Below are positions 37,889 through 47,927 of a stretch of DNA of 64,000 nucleotides, in pieces. The stretch is taken from positions 320,001-384,000 of the forward strand of contig JAWLHY010000007.1 in NCBI GenBank assembly GCA_041690135.1, given 5' to 3'. Below the pieces are notes generated by a model. It had not been told where the DNA came from. It worked only from the letters and a program-made list of their open reading frames with translations, and did not search any database. A program made the position numbers and the translations under genes. Each line of letters opens with the position of its first letter. Position 1 is the stretch's first letter. The stretch is from Armatimonadota bacterium (lineage in GTDB: Bacteria > Armatimonadota > SYMT01).

Positions 37889-39157
37889 TTTGAATTCGGC
37901 CTCACCACGGAGTCACGGAGAAACGGAGTAGTACACGGAGAGGCGCAGGCAACCTTTTGCGCATTGACCAAGGCGTACTCGTAAGGTGTGGCAAGTGGAC
38001 TCAGTTGGTGTGCCGCTTGTCCCTTGCTTTCTGGAGTTGATGGAAAGCTTCTCCACGCCTTCCTTTCCCTGGCACGCTACCACTGGTGTTCACGCATTCT
38101 TGGCCAGGGACCTTGCAGGGGGCCATGTTACTTGTGGCTTTCATCTCACCCGGCCCGGCTGCCGGGTGGTCCACTCGCGCCTCACTGGCTCCGAGGCACC
38201 CGTTCGGCAGCGTTCTCCTGGCAATGCCTGTGTTGAAGACACCTTTGGTGTTCGCCACTTCCTTTTACGGGTACCGGGTAAGTCCCCCCGCGCCCTAGCC
38301 GCTCCCAGGCTCCCTTTCGGCTGAGTTCTCCCGGCAATGGCTGAGTCCTGCGGCTGTGCTGGAGTCACTTCTGGTGTTCGCCACTGCTTTACGGCTACCA
38401 GAAGGTCCCCCCAGCCCTAGCCTTGGGATCCCACCCTCCCGCGGAAGAAGCCTCCGCTCGGCCTTTCACGCTCCCTGCCCGCTCGCGGGCGCCCGTCGCT
38501 AGCGGCCGGCTGCGGCGTGCATCCCAGTCGCTCTGCCCGCGCCGCGATCGGGCGCAGTCCCTTCCACCGAGCGTGTACGGGTGGGCTCCCGGCGTCTTCG
38601 AGCTATCCCCCCTCTGGGGGATCACAACTGGCCGGCCCTGCCGGCGCGGGTTGGCAGCGCCTCAGCCCCCTAGCGCGGACGAGCAGGATAGCGTCATTCA
38701 GCCACTTCGCGTCGTGCAGGACATGGCAACCTCTCTTCATAGAGGGCGTGTCGGACGCCCTCACCTGTGACCTCCCCGGAGGGGGGAGGTCGCTCGACGA
38801 CGTGCCGAAGCTCCCGTCCAGCGCCCCCATGGGTTCCGCCGCGGGCCGTGGCGCGGGAAGCCAACCCTGGTGCGCACGCCGGAGCCAGCCGTTAGCCGGG
38901 GCCCCTTTGGGGTGGCGTGAAAGGCTGAGCGGAGGCCCGGCACGCGGGAGGGAGCTTCGGTGCGGCTAGGGCGCGGGGGGACTACCCGGTAGTCGGTCCG
39001 ATTGTGGCAAACCATCATCGGAGCTTTACGAACGCAAAATGCAGGCCGAGATGCGCCTGGCACCCGGCCGTTGGAATGCTAATTGGTGAAAACTCACCGT
39101 GCCCTCCCAAAACCCAAAGCAGGGACAACCCCTCCCAAAAACCAAACCCTAACCCAA

Positions 39158-40744
39158 ATGACCCCACCCACCCCCAACCCCCGCCCAGGCCCCGACCCCG
39201 CCACCGACGGCGCTTCCCCGATCGAAGGCCACCCCGCGACGGAAGGCGACTCCGCCTTGGAACCGGATCCCGCCACCGAAAGCGACGCCACCCCCGAGAT
39301 CCAGCGCCACCGCACCGCGATCCGGCGGGCGAACCTCTCGGTCCCCATCCAGTGCCTCCTCCGCGACGGCCTGCTGGACCCCGCCAGGAGCCTGTTCGAT
39401 TACGGCTGCGGGCGAGGCCAGGACCTGGAGCTGCTGCGGGGGATGGAGATCCCCTGCGAGGGGTGGGACCCCGTGTACCGTCCGGACACGGAGCGCCGGG
39501 CCGCGGACCTGGTGAACCTGGGCTACGTGATCAACGTGGTCGAGGACCCCCAGGAGCGGGCGGAGGCGCTGCGGCAGGCGTGGGGCCTCAGCCGTTCCCT
39601 CCTGGTGGTGGCGGCCCAGCTCGACGTTGCCGCGCCGGCCCAGGAACGGACCCGTTTCAACGATGGGGTGCTCACCTCCCGCGGGACCTTCCAGAAGTAC
39701 TACCGGCAGTCCGAGCTCCGCGCCTACCTGGAAGAGCAACTCGGGACCGAGGCGATCCCCGCCGCGCCCGGAATCTTCTACCTTTTCAAAGACGAGACCG
39801 CCCAGCAGCAGTTCCTCTCCAACCGATACCGCCGCCGGGAGGTGGTCCCGCGCCGCCGGATCTCGGAGATCCTCTTTGAGCAGAACCAGGATCTCCTGGA
39901 GCCGTTCATGGAGCGCCTCACCCAGTTAGGCCGGCTCCCGGGTCCCGAGGAATTCCCGGAATCGGCCGCGCTGATCGAGCGCCTGGGCTCCCTGAAGCGC
40001 GCCTTTGCCGTGATCCGACGGGTGACCGAAGAGGAGCCGTGGGAGACTATCGCCCGGCACCGCTCCGACGACCTGCTAGTCTACCTTGCCCTCGCGCGGT
40101 TCCACAAGCGCCCCATCCTCTCGAAGCTCCCCCTTGGCACCCAGCGGGACGTGAAGGCGTTCTTCGGGACCTACGACCGGGCCTGCCGCGCCGCGGACGA
40201 GCTGCTGATGACCGCCGGCGATGCGGAAGCGATCGACACCGCCTGTCAGCGGGCGCCCGTCGGCCGGCTGGTAGACAACGCCCTCATCGTCCACCGGTCT
40301 GCCCTCGACCACCTGGAGCCGCTCCTCCGGATCTACGAAGGCTGCGCCCGGGCGCTGGTGGGGGAGATCGAGGGGGCCAACGTGATCAAGCTCCACCGGT
40401 TCTCCGGAAAGGTGAGCTACCTCGTCTACCCCGAGTTCGACACCGATCCCCATCCGGCGCTCCGGCTGCGGGTGAAGGTCAACCTGCGGACCCTCGACAT
40501 GGAGTGGTTCGACTACGCCAGCCGGGAGGACCCGTTCATCCTTTACCGGAAGGAGGCGCTGGTCCCGGAAGAATTCCCCGGCCGGGAGAAGTTCGCTAAG
40601 CTGACGGCCCAGGAAGAACGGGTGGGGCTGCTGAAGCACGAGCGGCTGCTAGATACCCGCGGCAAGCTGGCGATACTCCTCGACCGGGCGGGGCTGAAGC
40701 TCGCCGGGCACAGCCTGCGCAAAGCATCCCGTTCGACCGGGTGA
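39158..40744 (+). CDS. DNA phosphorothioation-associated putative methyltransferase
   Basis: RHRTAIRR, FDYGCGRGQD (SAM motif), GWDP, VNLGYVINVVED, LTSRGTFQKYY; adjacent to the dnd cluster. Confidence 0.9.
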   Translation: MTPPTPNPRPGPDPATDGASPIEGHPATEGDSALEPDPATESDATPEIQRHRTAIRRANLSVPIQCLLRDGLLDPARSLFDYGCGRGQDLELLRGMEIPCEGWDPVYRPDTERRAADLVNLGYVINVVEDPQERAEALRQAWGLSRSLLVVAAQLDVAAPAQERTRFNDGVLTSRGTFQKYYRQSELRAYLEEQLGTEAIPAAPGIFYLFKDETAQQQFLSNRYRRREVVPRRRISEILFEQNQDLLEPFMERLTQLGRLPGPEEFPESAALIERLGSLKRAFAVIRRVTEEEPWETIARHRSDDLLVYLALARFHKRPILSKLPLGTQRDVKAFFGTYDRACRAADELLMTAGDAEAIDTACQRAPVGRLVDNALIVHRSALDHLEPLLRIYEGCARALVGEIEGANVIKLHRFSGKVSYLVYPEFDTDPHPALRLRVKVNLRTLDMEWFDYASREDPFILYRKEALVPEEFPGREKFAKLTAQEERVGLLKHERLLDTRGKLAILLDRAGLKLAGHSLRKASRSTG

Positions 40745-40888
40745 AGATAAAGCGTTGGTCCGCGGCCTTACTTGCCAATTGAAGCGGCATTCGGAAGTTC
40801 GGCAGGAAACAGCCCGCAGGGTGGCGAACAGTTGTGTGTCGAAACCGTCCCGAACGAGGGAGCGGAAGCATCGAAGGGACCTCCCGCC

Positions 40889-41212
40889 ATGCTCACTGCA
40901 AACCGCACCAATGAGAATGCCGCCGCTACCCCGCGTACGACACCCCTGTTCCCCCTCGGCCGCCTTGAGGCCACGGCGCGGGCGCTTGCGGCGTTGGACG
41001 AGAGCGATGAGACCATCGACCAACTCCTTGCCCGTCATCGGATAGGAGATTGGGGCGTCGTTTGTGCCGAGGACTGGGCAATGAACGATCGAGACGTCCA
41101 TGCCGGCTACCGTTTGCATTCCGCCTACCGGCTGTCCACTGGCGTGAAGGTGTGGGTCATGACTGAAAGCAATCGAATGCTGACTACTGTGCTGCTGCCA
41201 GATGAGTATTGA
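40889..41212 (+). CDS. Small mobile-element-associated conserved protein
   Basis: LFPLGRLEAT...RHRIGDWG...SAY...WVMTE...TTVLLPDEY, a family common on plasmids/ICEs. Confidence 0.75.
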   Translation: MLTANRTNENAAATPRTTPLFPLGRLEATARALAALDESDETIDQLLARHRIGDWGVVCAEDWAMNDRDVHAGYRLHSAYRLSTGVKVWVMTESNRMLTTVLLPDEY

Positions 41213-41245
41213 TGATAGGTCAGAGTGCGTGCAGACCAGCTTTCC

Positions 41246-42618
41246 TAGTGGTCTGTCCCAGAAGTCCGTAAAGTAGTCGTGGCAGGTGCGGTACCGGTGT
41301 GATTCAACCCAGTAGGGTCCCACCGGAGGTGCTCATGCCACTACCCAAACCGCACTACCAACCCACTTTCACGTCCGAACAACTCGCCGAAGCGCGACAG
41401 GTGGTCGCCTGTCATTCTTCACCCCAAGCCCAGGTCCGCCGCGCCCGGCTGGCGCTGGTCCTGGCCGAACACCCGGACCTCTCCCACAAGGAGGTGGGCG
41501 CGCTCTGTGATCTCGACGATGAAACGGTCTATAAGTGGCGCCGCCGCTGGACCCTCCACGGTTGGTCGCTCACCGATGCCCCGCGGTCTGGCCGGGTACC
41601 CGCAAAGCGGGTGGGGCGGGCTTTTCCCCCTGCGGAGACCGTCCTGATTAAAGCCCTCGCCTGCGAACGCCCGGTGAATGAGAAACGGCGGGCGCTCGCG
41701 CGGTTGTCGGTCTACGATCTCTGCCTCCAGGCGTGGGAGTTGGGCGTCACCATGTCCTACAGTACGGTGTGGCGCCGTCTGCGCGAGGACGCCCTCCGCC
41801 CCTGGCTCTTTCAACAGGGGTTGTTTCCGCGCGACCCCCGCTTACTCGAGAAGGCTACCCCGATCCTGGAACTCTACCACGGCCGCTGGGAAGGCCAGCC
41901 GCTCGGCCCACGGGACCTCGTGCTCTCGGCCGATGAAATGACCGGCTTGCAGGCGCTCTCGCGGATCCACCCGGCACAGCCGCTCACCACTCCCTCCCAG
42001 GTGCCGCTCCCTGGCCGGCTGAAACGGCGGTATGACCCGCGGGTCCGCGTAGAGTTCGAATACGCGCGGCATGGCACACTGTGCTATCAAGCCTTCTTGA
42101 ACGTGTTTACGGGTCGAGTGTATGGTGAGGCCCACGACAGCAACGGGATCGACACCTTCGAACGGAGTCTCATGCACTGCCTGCAGCAACCGCAGTACCG
42201 GGACATGGAGCGGGTGTTCCTGATCGTAGACAATGAGAGCGCCCATCATCCGAATACTTCCCCGGCCCGGATTCGCGCCCAGGACCCACGGGTGATCACG
42301 GTGCATCTCCCCACCCACAGTAGCTGGCTCAACCAAATCGAGCTGTATTTCTCCACTCTCCACCGCAAGGCGCTGACCCCCGCCGACTTTCCCAGCGTCG
42401 CGGCGCTCCGGCAGCGGATCTTCAGTTTCCAACTCCTCTATAACCAACGGGCCGAGCCGTTCCAATGGCAGTACACCCGGGACCACTTGGAAGTCTACAT
42501 CGAACGCTTGGCCCTACACGAAGAGCGGTTTGCGGAGGCCGCGGCCATCATTCGGGCCCGGCGGCAAGCACAGGAGCCGGCCGCCGACTGCCTTACGCAC
42601 TAACGAATCGCACCACTA
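41246..42618 (+). mobile_element. IS630-family insertion sequence
   Basis: Ends cTAGTGGT...ACCACTAg (short inverted repeat, TA duplication in a CTAG site) flank the transposase. Confidence 0.85.
41335..42603 (+). CDS. IS630 transposase (single frame)
   Basis: HTH VYKWRRRW..DAPRSGR; DDE triad SADEM / IVDNESAH / SSWLNQIELYFS. Confidence 0.92.
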   Translation: MPLPKPHYQPTFTSEQLAEARQVVACHSSPQAQVRRARLALVLAEHPDLSHKEVGALCDLDDETVYKWRRRWTLHGWSLTDAPRSGRVPAKRVGRAFPPAETVLIKALACERPVNEKRRALARLSVYDLCLQAWELGVTMSYSTVWRRLREDALRPWLFQQGLFPRDPRLLEKATPILELYHGRWEGQPLGPRDLVLSADEMTGLQALSRIHPAQPLTTPSQVPLPGRLKRRYDPRVRVEFEYARHGTLCYQAFLNVFTGRVYGEAHDSNGIDTFERSLMHCLQQPQYRDMERVFLIVDNESAHHPNTSPARIRAQDPRVITVHLPTHSSWLNQIELYFSTLHRKALTPADFPSVAALRQRIFSFQLLYNQRAEPFQWQYTRDHLEVYIERLALHEERFAEAAAIIRARRQAQEPAADCLTH

Positions 42619-43048
42619 GCTAAATCTACCTGGCTCGACAGATGGCACCACATCCGCATGCATCAGAGACCTTCCAGATAGGAGTCTTTGATCCAACCGC
42701 CACATACCCCACCCATTAGTGTCGTATCCCATGCACACTCAGACCGTTAACGACTTCCGACTCCGCGCCAGGAGATTGCCCTCGATGCAGAACAACTGAG
42801 CCCCGCCACCCACGCTGTTTGCTCACAAAAAAGATTCGAACAAGGAAGGAGGATCTCGACAACTTACTGGATAAAAGAGAACCAAGCCCGCGTCACTCTG
42901 CTCGCGGCACGAACTCACATTCTTCCGCGGCGTGGACAACCGATAACCTCACTGTCTACCTAGCTTCGGCCAAAGCCTGAATTGGCGCGCATGCCAAGGG
43001 AAGATGCGTTACGTTTCGGCACAATAGCTAGGAGGCATGTGAGCCGTG

Positions 43049-45187
43049 ATGTTGAGTGATCTAATGCTGCGTCTTGAGTACCGAAGTGACGAAGTGGTTC
43101 TCGCGGACGATCTCTACGAGAAATGCCTCCCGCAGTGCAGTCACTTCGATCGCGCCGTCGGGTTCTTTTCTGCGAGCGTATTCGCCGCTTGCCCAGAGGG
43201 ATTTCGTGCATTTTTCACGTCAGGTGGGAGAATGCGAGTTGTCTGCTGTCCAATACTCAGCCAGTCAGATATTGAAGCAATTCACAACGGGTATTTCGAC
43301 CGACCAACACTCATTCGTTCAGCATGTCCGGAAGTGCTCACCAATGGACGAGCAAAGGCACTGCTGGAAATCCACAGGCTAACATCGTGGCTTATAGCTA
43401 CAGGAAGACTAGATGTCCGCATTGCTCTACGTGACTCAAGAGGAGGCAACCACATCTACCACGAAAAACTCGGTCTCTTCGGTGATCGAACTGGAAACTG
43501 GATTGCGTTCTCCGGTTCGGCGAATGAAACACTTTCGGGCATTGAAGGAAACTTCGAAGCTATAGATGTTTTTCGCTCTTGGAGTCCAGAGGAACGTCGC
43601 CGTGTCGATCAGAAACTGCGTGCATTCAAACAACTGTGGAGAAACGAGACTGCGGGAGTTGAAGTAATAACCTTCGCCCAAGCTGCAACACGAGGCGAAC
43701 TAAAGGTGCGGACTACTTCTGCACAGGCGAATAATAAAATTCCCCACGGCACAGAGGTCATCACCTCAATAGAAGACATGGAACCACTACCTGGCATTGA
43801 GGAGCTTCTCCTCATCCCCAGCGACACCAAGCTTCGAGACCACCAGAAGGTTGCCGTTCGCAAATGGTTTGAATCAAATGGACGCGGATTGTTTGTAATG
43901 GCAACAGGCGCCGGCAAGACTATTGCTGCTTTGGCCGCTGCAACGAAGCTCTATGAATGGCTAAATGCTCCGCTTTTCATCGTAATTGTCTGCCCCTATT
44001 TGCATTTGTGTGCACAATGGATTGAAGAAGCTAAGCAATTTGGGCTTGACCCCCTTCTGTGCGCCGTGGATCGCCGTACTTGGTACGAGCCGCTCTCGAC
44101 AAGGTTGTTCAACCTTGCGTTCGGCACCCGCAAACTAGCTAGTGTTGTCGTATCGAATACTACATTCGCTTCACAGGCATTTCAAACACTGCTCAACAGA
44201 GCCCCCAGAGCATCGCTGCTAATCGCCGATGAAGTGCACCATCTTGGAGCTCCCGGACTGCGAACTGCGTTGCCAGAGGGCTTTGCATTCCGAATCGGGC
44301 TATCGGCTACTCCCAGTCGTTACCAAGATGCTACGGGTTCTGCGAAGATACTCGAATACTTTGGCGACCCCGTCTGCAGCTATACCCTGAAGGATGCTCT
44401 TCAGAGCGGAGTTCTTTGTCCCTATCGTTATATACCCGTTCTCGTTGACTTAGAAGACGATGAACTGGAATCGTATGTTGAGCTCACACGGAAGATCGGA
44501 CAGCATATTCGCGTAACTGACCCTCGAGAGGGAAATACATATCTTGACTCTCTTCTGTTAAAACGAGCACGCATCACTGGCACAGCTCGCGGGAAAATCC
44601 CAGCACTGGCCGAGCATCTTGCTCCTCTGCGCAAAAGCACACATAATCTCATTTACTGCGGTGACGGCACTGTCGAAGGAGAGATCGAACAAACCGTCAT
44701 CCGACATGTCGATGCTGTCGTTCGGGTGCTTGGACGGGATCTTGGAATGGCCGTTGCAAAGTATGTTGCTGACACTCCGCTTACGAAGCGACACCAGTTG
44801 AGACGGCGGTTTACCGATGGAGATCTCCAAGGACTTGTTGCCATCAGGTGTCTCGATGAAGGGGTTGACGTTCCAGAAACTAGGCGGGCGTTTATTCTTG
44901 CGAGCAGCACTAATCCACGACAGTTCATTCAGCGCCGCGGGCGCATTCTCCGGCAGGCTGCTGGCAAGGAGATGGCAGAAATCTACGATTTTATCACCGT
45001 TCCAGCACCTGAGGAGATCGAGCCCACCAATCCCATTTATGGCACTGCGCGTAGACTCTTCCGCAGAGAACTGAGTCGAATCGTGGAATTCGCAGGACTT
45101 GCGGTAAATGGACCTGAGGCGCTGAACGTACTCCTTCCCTTAAGGCAGAGCCTTAACCTCCTTGATTTTGGAGAAGATGATGAGTAG
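43049..45187 (+). CDS. pbeA: PLD-nuclease/SF2 helicase, PT-system restriction component (PbeA-like)
   Basis: DRAVGFFS, YHEKLGLFGD...FSGSANET (PLD); MATGAGKT, IADEVHH, GLSATP, LDEGVDVP, QFIQRRGRILR. Confidence 0.8.
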   Translation: MLSDLMLRLEYRSDEVVLADDLYEKCLPQCSHFDRAVGFFSASVFAACPEGFRAFFTSGGRMRVVCCPILSQSDIEAIHNGYFDRPTLIRSACPEVLTNGRAKALLEIHRLTSWLIATGRLDVRIALRDSRGGNHIYHEKLGLFGDRTGNWIAFSGSANETLSGIEGNFEAIDVFRSWSPEERRRVDQKLRAFKQLWRNETAGVEVITFAQAATRGELKVRTTSAQANNKIPHGTEVITSIEDMEPLPGIEELLLIPSDTKLRDHQKVAVRKWFESNGRGLFVMATGAGKTIAALAAATKLYEWLNAPLFIVIVCPYLHLCAQWIEEAKQFGLDPLLCAVDRRTWYEPLSTRLFNLAFGTRKLASVVVSNTTFASQAFQTLLNRAPRASLLIADEVHHLGAPGLRTALPEGFAFRIGLSATPSRYQDATGSAKILEYFGDPVCSYTLKDALQSGVLCPYRYIPVLVDLEDDELESYVELTRKIGQHIRVTDPREGNTYLDSLLLKRARITGTARGKIPALAEHLAPLRKSTHNLIYCGDGTVEGEIEQTVIRHVDAVVRVLGRDLGMAVAKYVADTPLTKRHQLRRRFTDGDLQGLVAIRCLDEGVDVPETRRAFILASSTNPRQFIQRRGRILRQAAGKEMAEIYDFITVPAPEEIEPTNPIYGTARRLFRRELSRIVEFAGLAVNGPEALNVLLPLRQSLNLLDFGEDDE

Positions 45188-45365
45188 AGTGAAGGATACC
45201 AACGAGACGCAGGCGAAACTCGTGGCCATCTTGGACAACCTTTCCAAAGAAGAAAGGCAACTTCTTACGGACGTGCTGATAGCCGAACGCGCAAAGTTGT
45301 ATATGGGTCTCCCACGTGGGATTCACGAAGACCTATGGCGTATTGTAACGGAGACTATCCGATGA
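45177..45365 (+). CDS. pbeB: Small helical protein (PbeB-like)
   Basis: 62 aa, overlaps both neighbours; assigned by position and size. Confidence 0.6.
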   Translation: MMSRVKDTNETQAKLVAILDNLSKEERQLLTDVLIAERAKLYMGLPRGIHEDLWRIVTETIR

Positions 45366-47434
45366 TATTCGAAGAGCTTATGTTGAAGGATTTTAGGCAG
45401 TTCGCGGGTGAGCAGTGTCTGCGCTTCGCAACCGAGCCGAACAAGAATGTCACCGTTATTCACGGCTTCAACGGTTCTGGGAAGACTACATTACTCAACG
45501 CGTTTACCTGGTTATTATATAATGAGTTTACGCTCGACTTTGAAGCGCCAGAACACTTGGATTCTGAAGCAGCCTTCTCTAATGTTGCGTACGGAGACAG
45601 TCTCACAGTGTCGGTTCGTGCGGTGTTCAGAGACGGGCAACGCAAATATAGTGTAACACGGACTAGGATAGTTCAAAAGTCAACTGATGGAAGCAGGCTC
45701 CTCGTTGAACCAGGCAAACTACGACTCACTTTCATCGATGAAAGTGGCGAGACCCGAGAACCGAGTAATCCGCAAGACACACTAGAGCAGATGTTGCCGA
45801 GGCGCCTCTTTCCCTTTTTCTTCTTTAACGGTGAACGTATTGAACGATTAGCTCGAGCTGATGCATACGAAGAAATTGGAAAGGGAATTAAGACACTGCT
45901 TGACATTGAGCTATTCGACCGCTCAATTGGTCATCTGGAGGGAGAAACATCCAAGAAGCTCCGGGTGGAGATTGCCCGTTGTGCTGGGGAGGAGGGAGAA
46001 CATGCTAGAGAAGAGCTTGACCGTCTCCTAGAGGCAGAGGAGAAACAAACGGGGCGCCTCCGTCAGTTTGAGCGAAATCGAGCAGCGCTTGAAGAGGAAC
46101 GGGAAGCCATCGATAGTAAGCTCGCAAGCATGCCGGATCTGGCTAAATGGCAAGCTGAAAGAAAGGCTGCCGAGGAACGCGAGAAAGACATCAAGCGCCA
46201 AATGAAGCAACGCAAGGAGGAGCTTGCCAAGGAATTCTCGCGGAGTGCCTACCTCCTATTGACGCCTGACGTGCTCGATGCGGCGAAAGCGGTCCTTTCT
46301 GGTGCACGACAGAAAGGTGAGATCCCAGGCCCAATTAAAAGGCAATTCGTTGAAGACTTGCTTGCAAGACGAAAGTGCATTTGTGACTGTGAACTGGTTC
46401 CTGATACTGTTGCCTACAAGGAGGTGGAACAATGGCGCGACCGGGCATTTTCAGATGCTTTGGAGTCGGCAGTTACGGTAACGCAGGCGCGCATCGAGTC
46501 GTTTGGCCAACGCGCAGAGGAGTGCATCAGAAGAATAAATGATTTGCAAGCAATCCGCGATGAACTGTATTCTAGCCTCCAGGATGTGCAAGAGGAACTC
46601 AGCGAACTCTCAAATAAGATTGGCGATCGGGAGCAAGGTGAAGACCCTGTAAAGTTGGAGCGCAGACGGAGAGAGGTCGGTGAGTTACTTACTACATGTA
46701 TCCTGCATATTGCCGACCAGAAGAAAGCGCTCGATGAACTCGCGGAATCTATTCGTGGAAAGAAGAGGGAGATCGATGCCCTGGACATCGCTGATGAGAA
46801 GGGCAAGCTCGCGCAAAGGAGGCTAGATGCAGTCTCAAATGTAATTGCTGCCTTGAAAGAGATTCGGGAGGTGCGATATGAGGAGCTGCGACAGGATCTC
46901 TCCGATCAATTGAGTGACGTGTGGAGAGGTATTGCTGTCAAAGATTATCATGCCCGACTCGACGATGATTTTCGGCTGAGTCTTACAAAGGACGTGGGAG
47001 GACAGGTAGAGCCGGTACGAGGTGCTTCGACAGGGGAAAAGCAGGTATTGAGCCTTGCCTTTGTTGGAGCACTCATTGCAAAGGCCAAGAATACGTTCGA
47101 GCGCTCGAAGCAAGCAAACCACCTGTTTCGTGGAGGACTTTACCCGTTAGTGATCGATTCACCGTTCGGCAACCTCGAGGTCGAATATCGTCGTGATGTA
47201 GCGAAGTGGATCCCTACTCTTGCACCGCAACTTATCTTGATGGTGTCCGAGAGCCAGTTTCGGCAAGAGGTGGAGCAAGAGCTTCTTCCGCGGATTGGCA
47301 AAGAGTGGATTCTTAAGTGCGAGACGCCCAGGAACACGGGGCGTGACATCGCACTCTTGGGACGGTCTTATCCGTATGTGATTCAGTCGATGGATGGATT
47401 TGAGAGAACAGTGTTCGAGGAGGTAGAACTATGA
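45362..47434 (+). CDS. pbeC: SMC/Rad50-like ABC ATPase with CxC hook (PbeC-like)
   Basis: GFNGSGKTT, FFFFNGERIE, coiled coils, CICDC, ASTGEKQ, LVIDSPFGNL. Confidence 0.8.
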   Translation: MIFEELMLKDFRQFAGEQCLRFATEPNKNVTVIHGFNGSGKTTLLNAFTWLLYNEFTLDFEAPEHLDSEAAFSNVAYGDSLTVSVRAVFRDGQRKYSVTRTRIVQKSTDGSRLLVEPGKLRLTFIDESGETREPSNPQDTLEQMLPRRLFPFFFFNGERIERLARADAYEEIGKGIKTLLDIELFDRSIGHLEGETSKKLRVEIARCAGEEGEHAREELDRLLEAEEKQTGRLRQFERNRAALEEEREAIDSKLASMPDLAKWQAERKAAEEREKDIKRQMKQRKEELAKEFSRSAYLLLTPDVLDAAKAVLSGARQKGEIPGPIKRQFVEDLLARRKCICDCELVPDTVAYKEVEQWRDRAFSDALESAVTVTQARIESFGQRAEECIRRINDLQAIRDELYSSLQDVQEELSELSNKIGDREQGEDPVKLERRRREVGELLTTCILHIADQKKALDELAESIRGKKREIDALDIADEKGKLAQRRLDAVSNVIAALKEIREVRYEELRQDLSDQLSDVWRGIAVKDYHARLDDDFRLSLTKDVGGQVEPVRGASTGEKQVLSLAFVGALIAKAKNTFERSKQANHLFRGGLYPLVIDSPFGNLEVEYRRDVAKWIPTLAPQLILMVSESQFRQEVEQELLPRIGKEWILKCETPRNTGRDIALLGRSYPYVIQSMDGFERTVFEEVEL

Positions 47435-47898
47435 GCGAGCCGAGACGTATCCGTCCACCGAAAGAGTATGAGAAACTGATCGACAAACTTGTTGAAGGGG
47501 GAGTGTTCGAAAGCAAACAGGCTGTGATGATGTTTGCTGCGGCTTTGGGAAAACGCTTCAACGGTCGTAAAGAGATCGGACAACCCGGTGATGGGATCCG
47601 TTGGCACATATTTGAGAAGGCAGGCGATGACGCATTTGTAAACGCGCTTGCGCTAGCGGAAAGCAATGATATAAACATTCTAGATCCAGAGCGTGGCGAT
47701 GGAGAGGATGTTCAGTTGGTGTTTGAGGAATACGCCGCAGGCGGTTTCGAGTATTTGAAGCCGCATGTTACGGAAGCGCCGGGTGATTGGCTAGAAAATG
47801 CGCTGTCGATTATTCAGGAATATCGGGGGGCACATCCATTACCACCAGGGCTGGAGGATATGGACCCAGCAGGGTTGGAGTTGATCGGGGATTTTTGA
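47431..47898 (+). CDS. pbeD: Dnd-associated protein 4 / PbeD-like
   Basis: RRIR...VFESKQAVMMFAAALG...FEEYAAGGFEYL; ATGA coupling with the ATPase gene. Confidence 0.7.
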   Translation: MSEPRRIRPPKEYEKLIDKLVEGGVFESKQAVMMFAAALGKRFNGRKEIGQPGDGIRWHIFEKAGDDAFVNALALAESNDINILDPERGDGEDVQLVFEEYAAGGFEYLKPHVTEAPGDWLENALSIIQEYRGAHPLPPGLEDMDPAGLELIGDF

Positions 47899-47927
47899 TC
47901 CCCGAGAGGGAGTTCTTGTTCAGCACA

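Noticed and set aside
38212-38422. Possible CRISPR array
   Set aside because: Only two imperfect long copies, no regular repeat-spacer period and no cas genes
45362-47434. Second dndD or housekeeping sbcC
   Set aside because: Canonical dndD lies in the dnd operon, there is no sbcD partner, and the context fits PbeC
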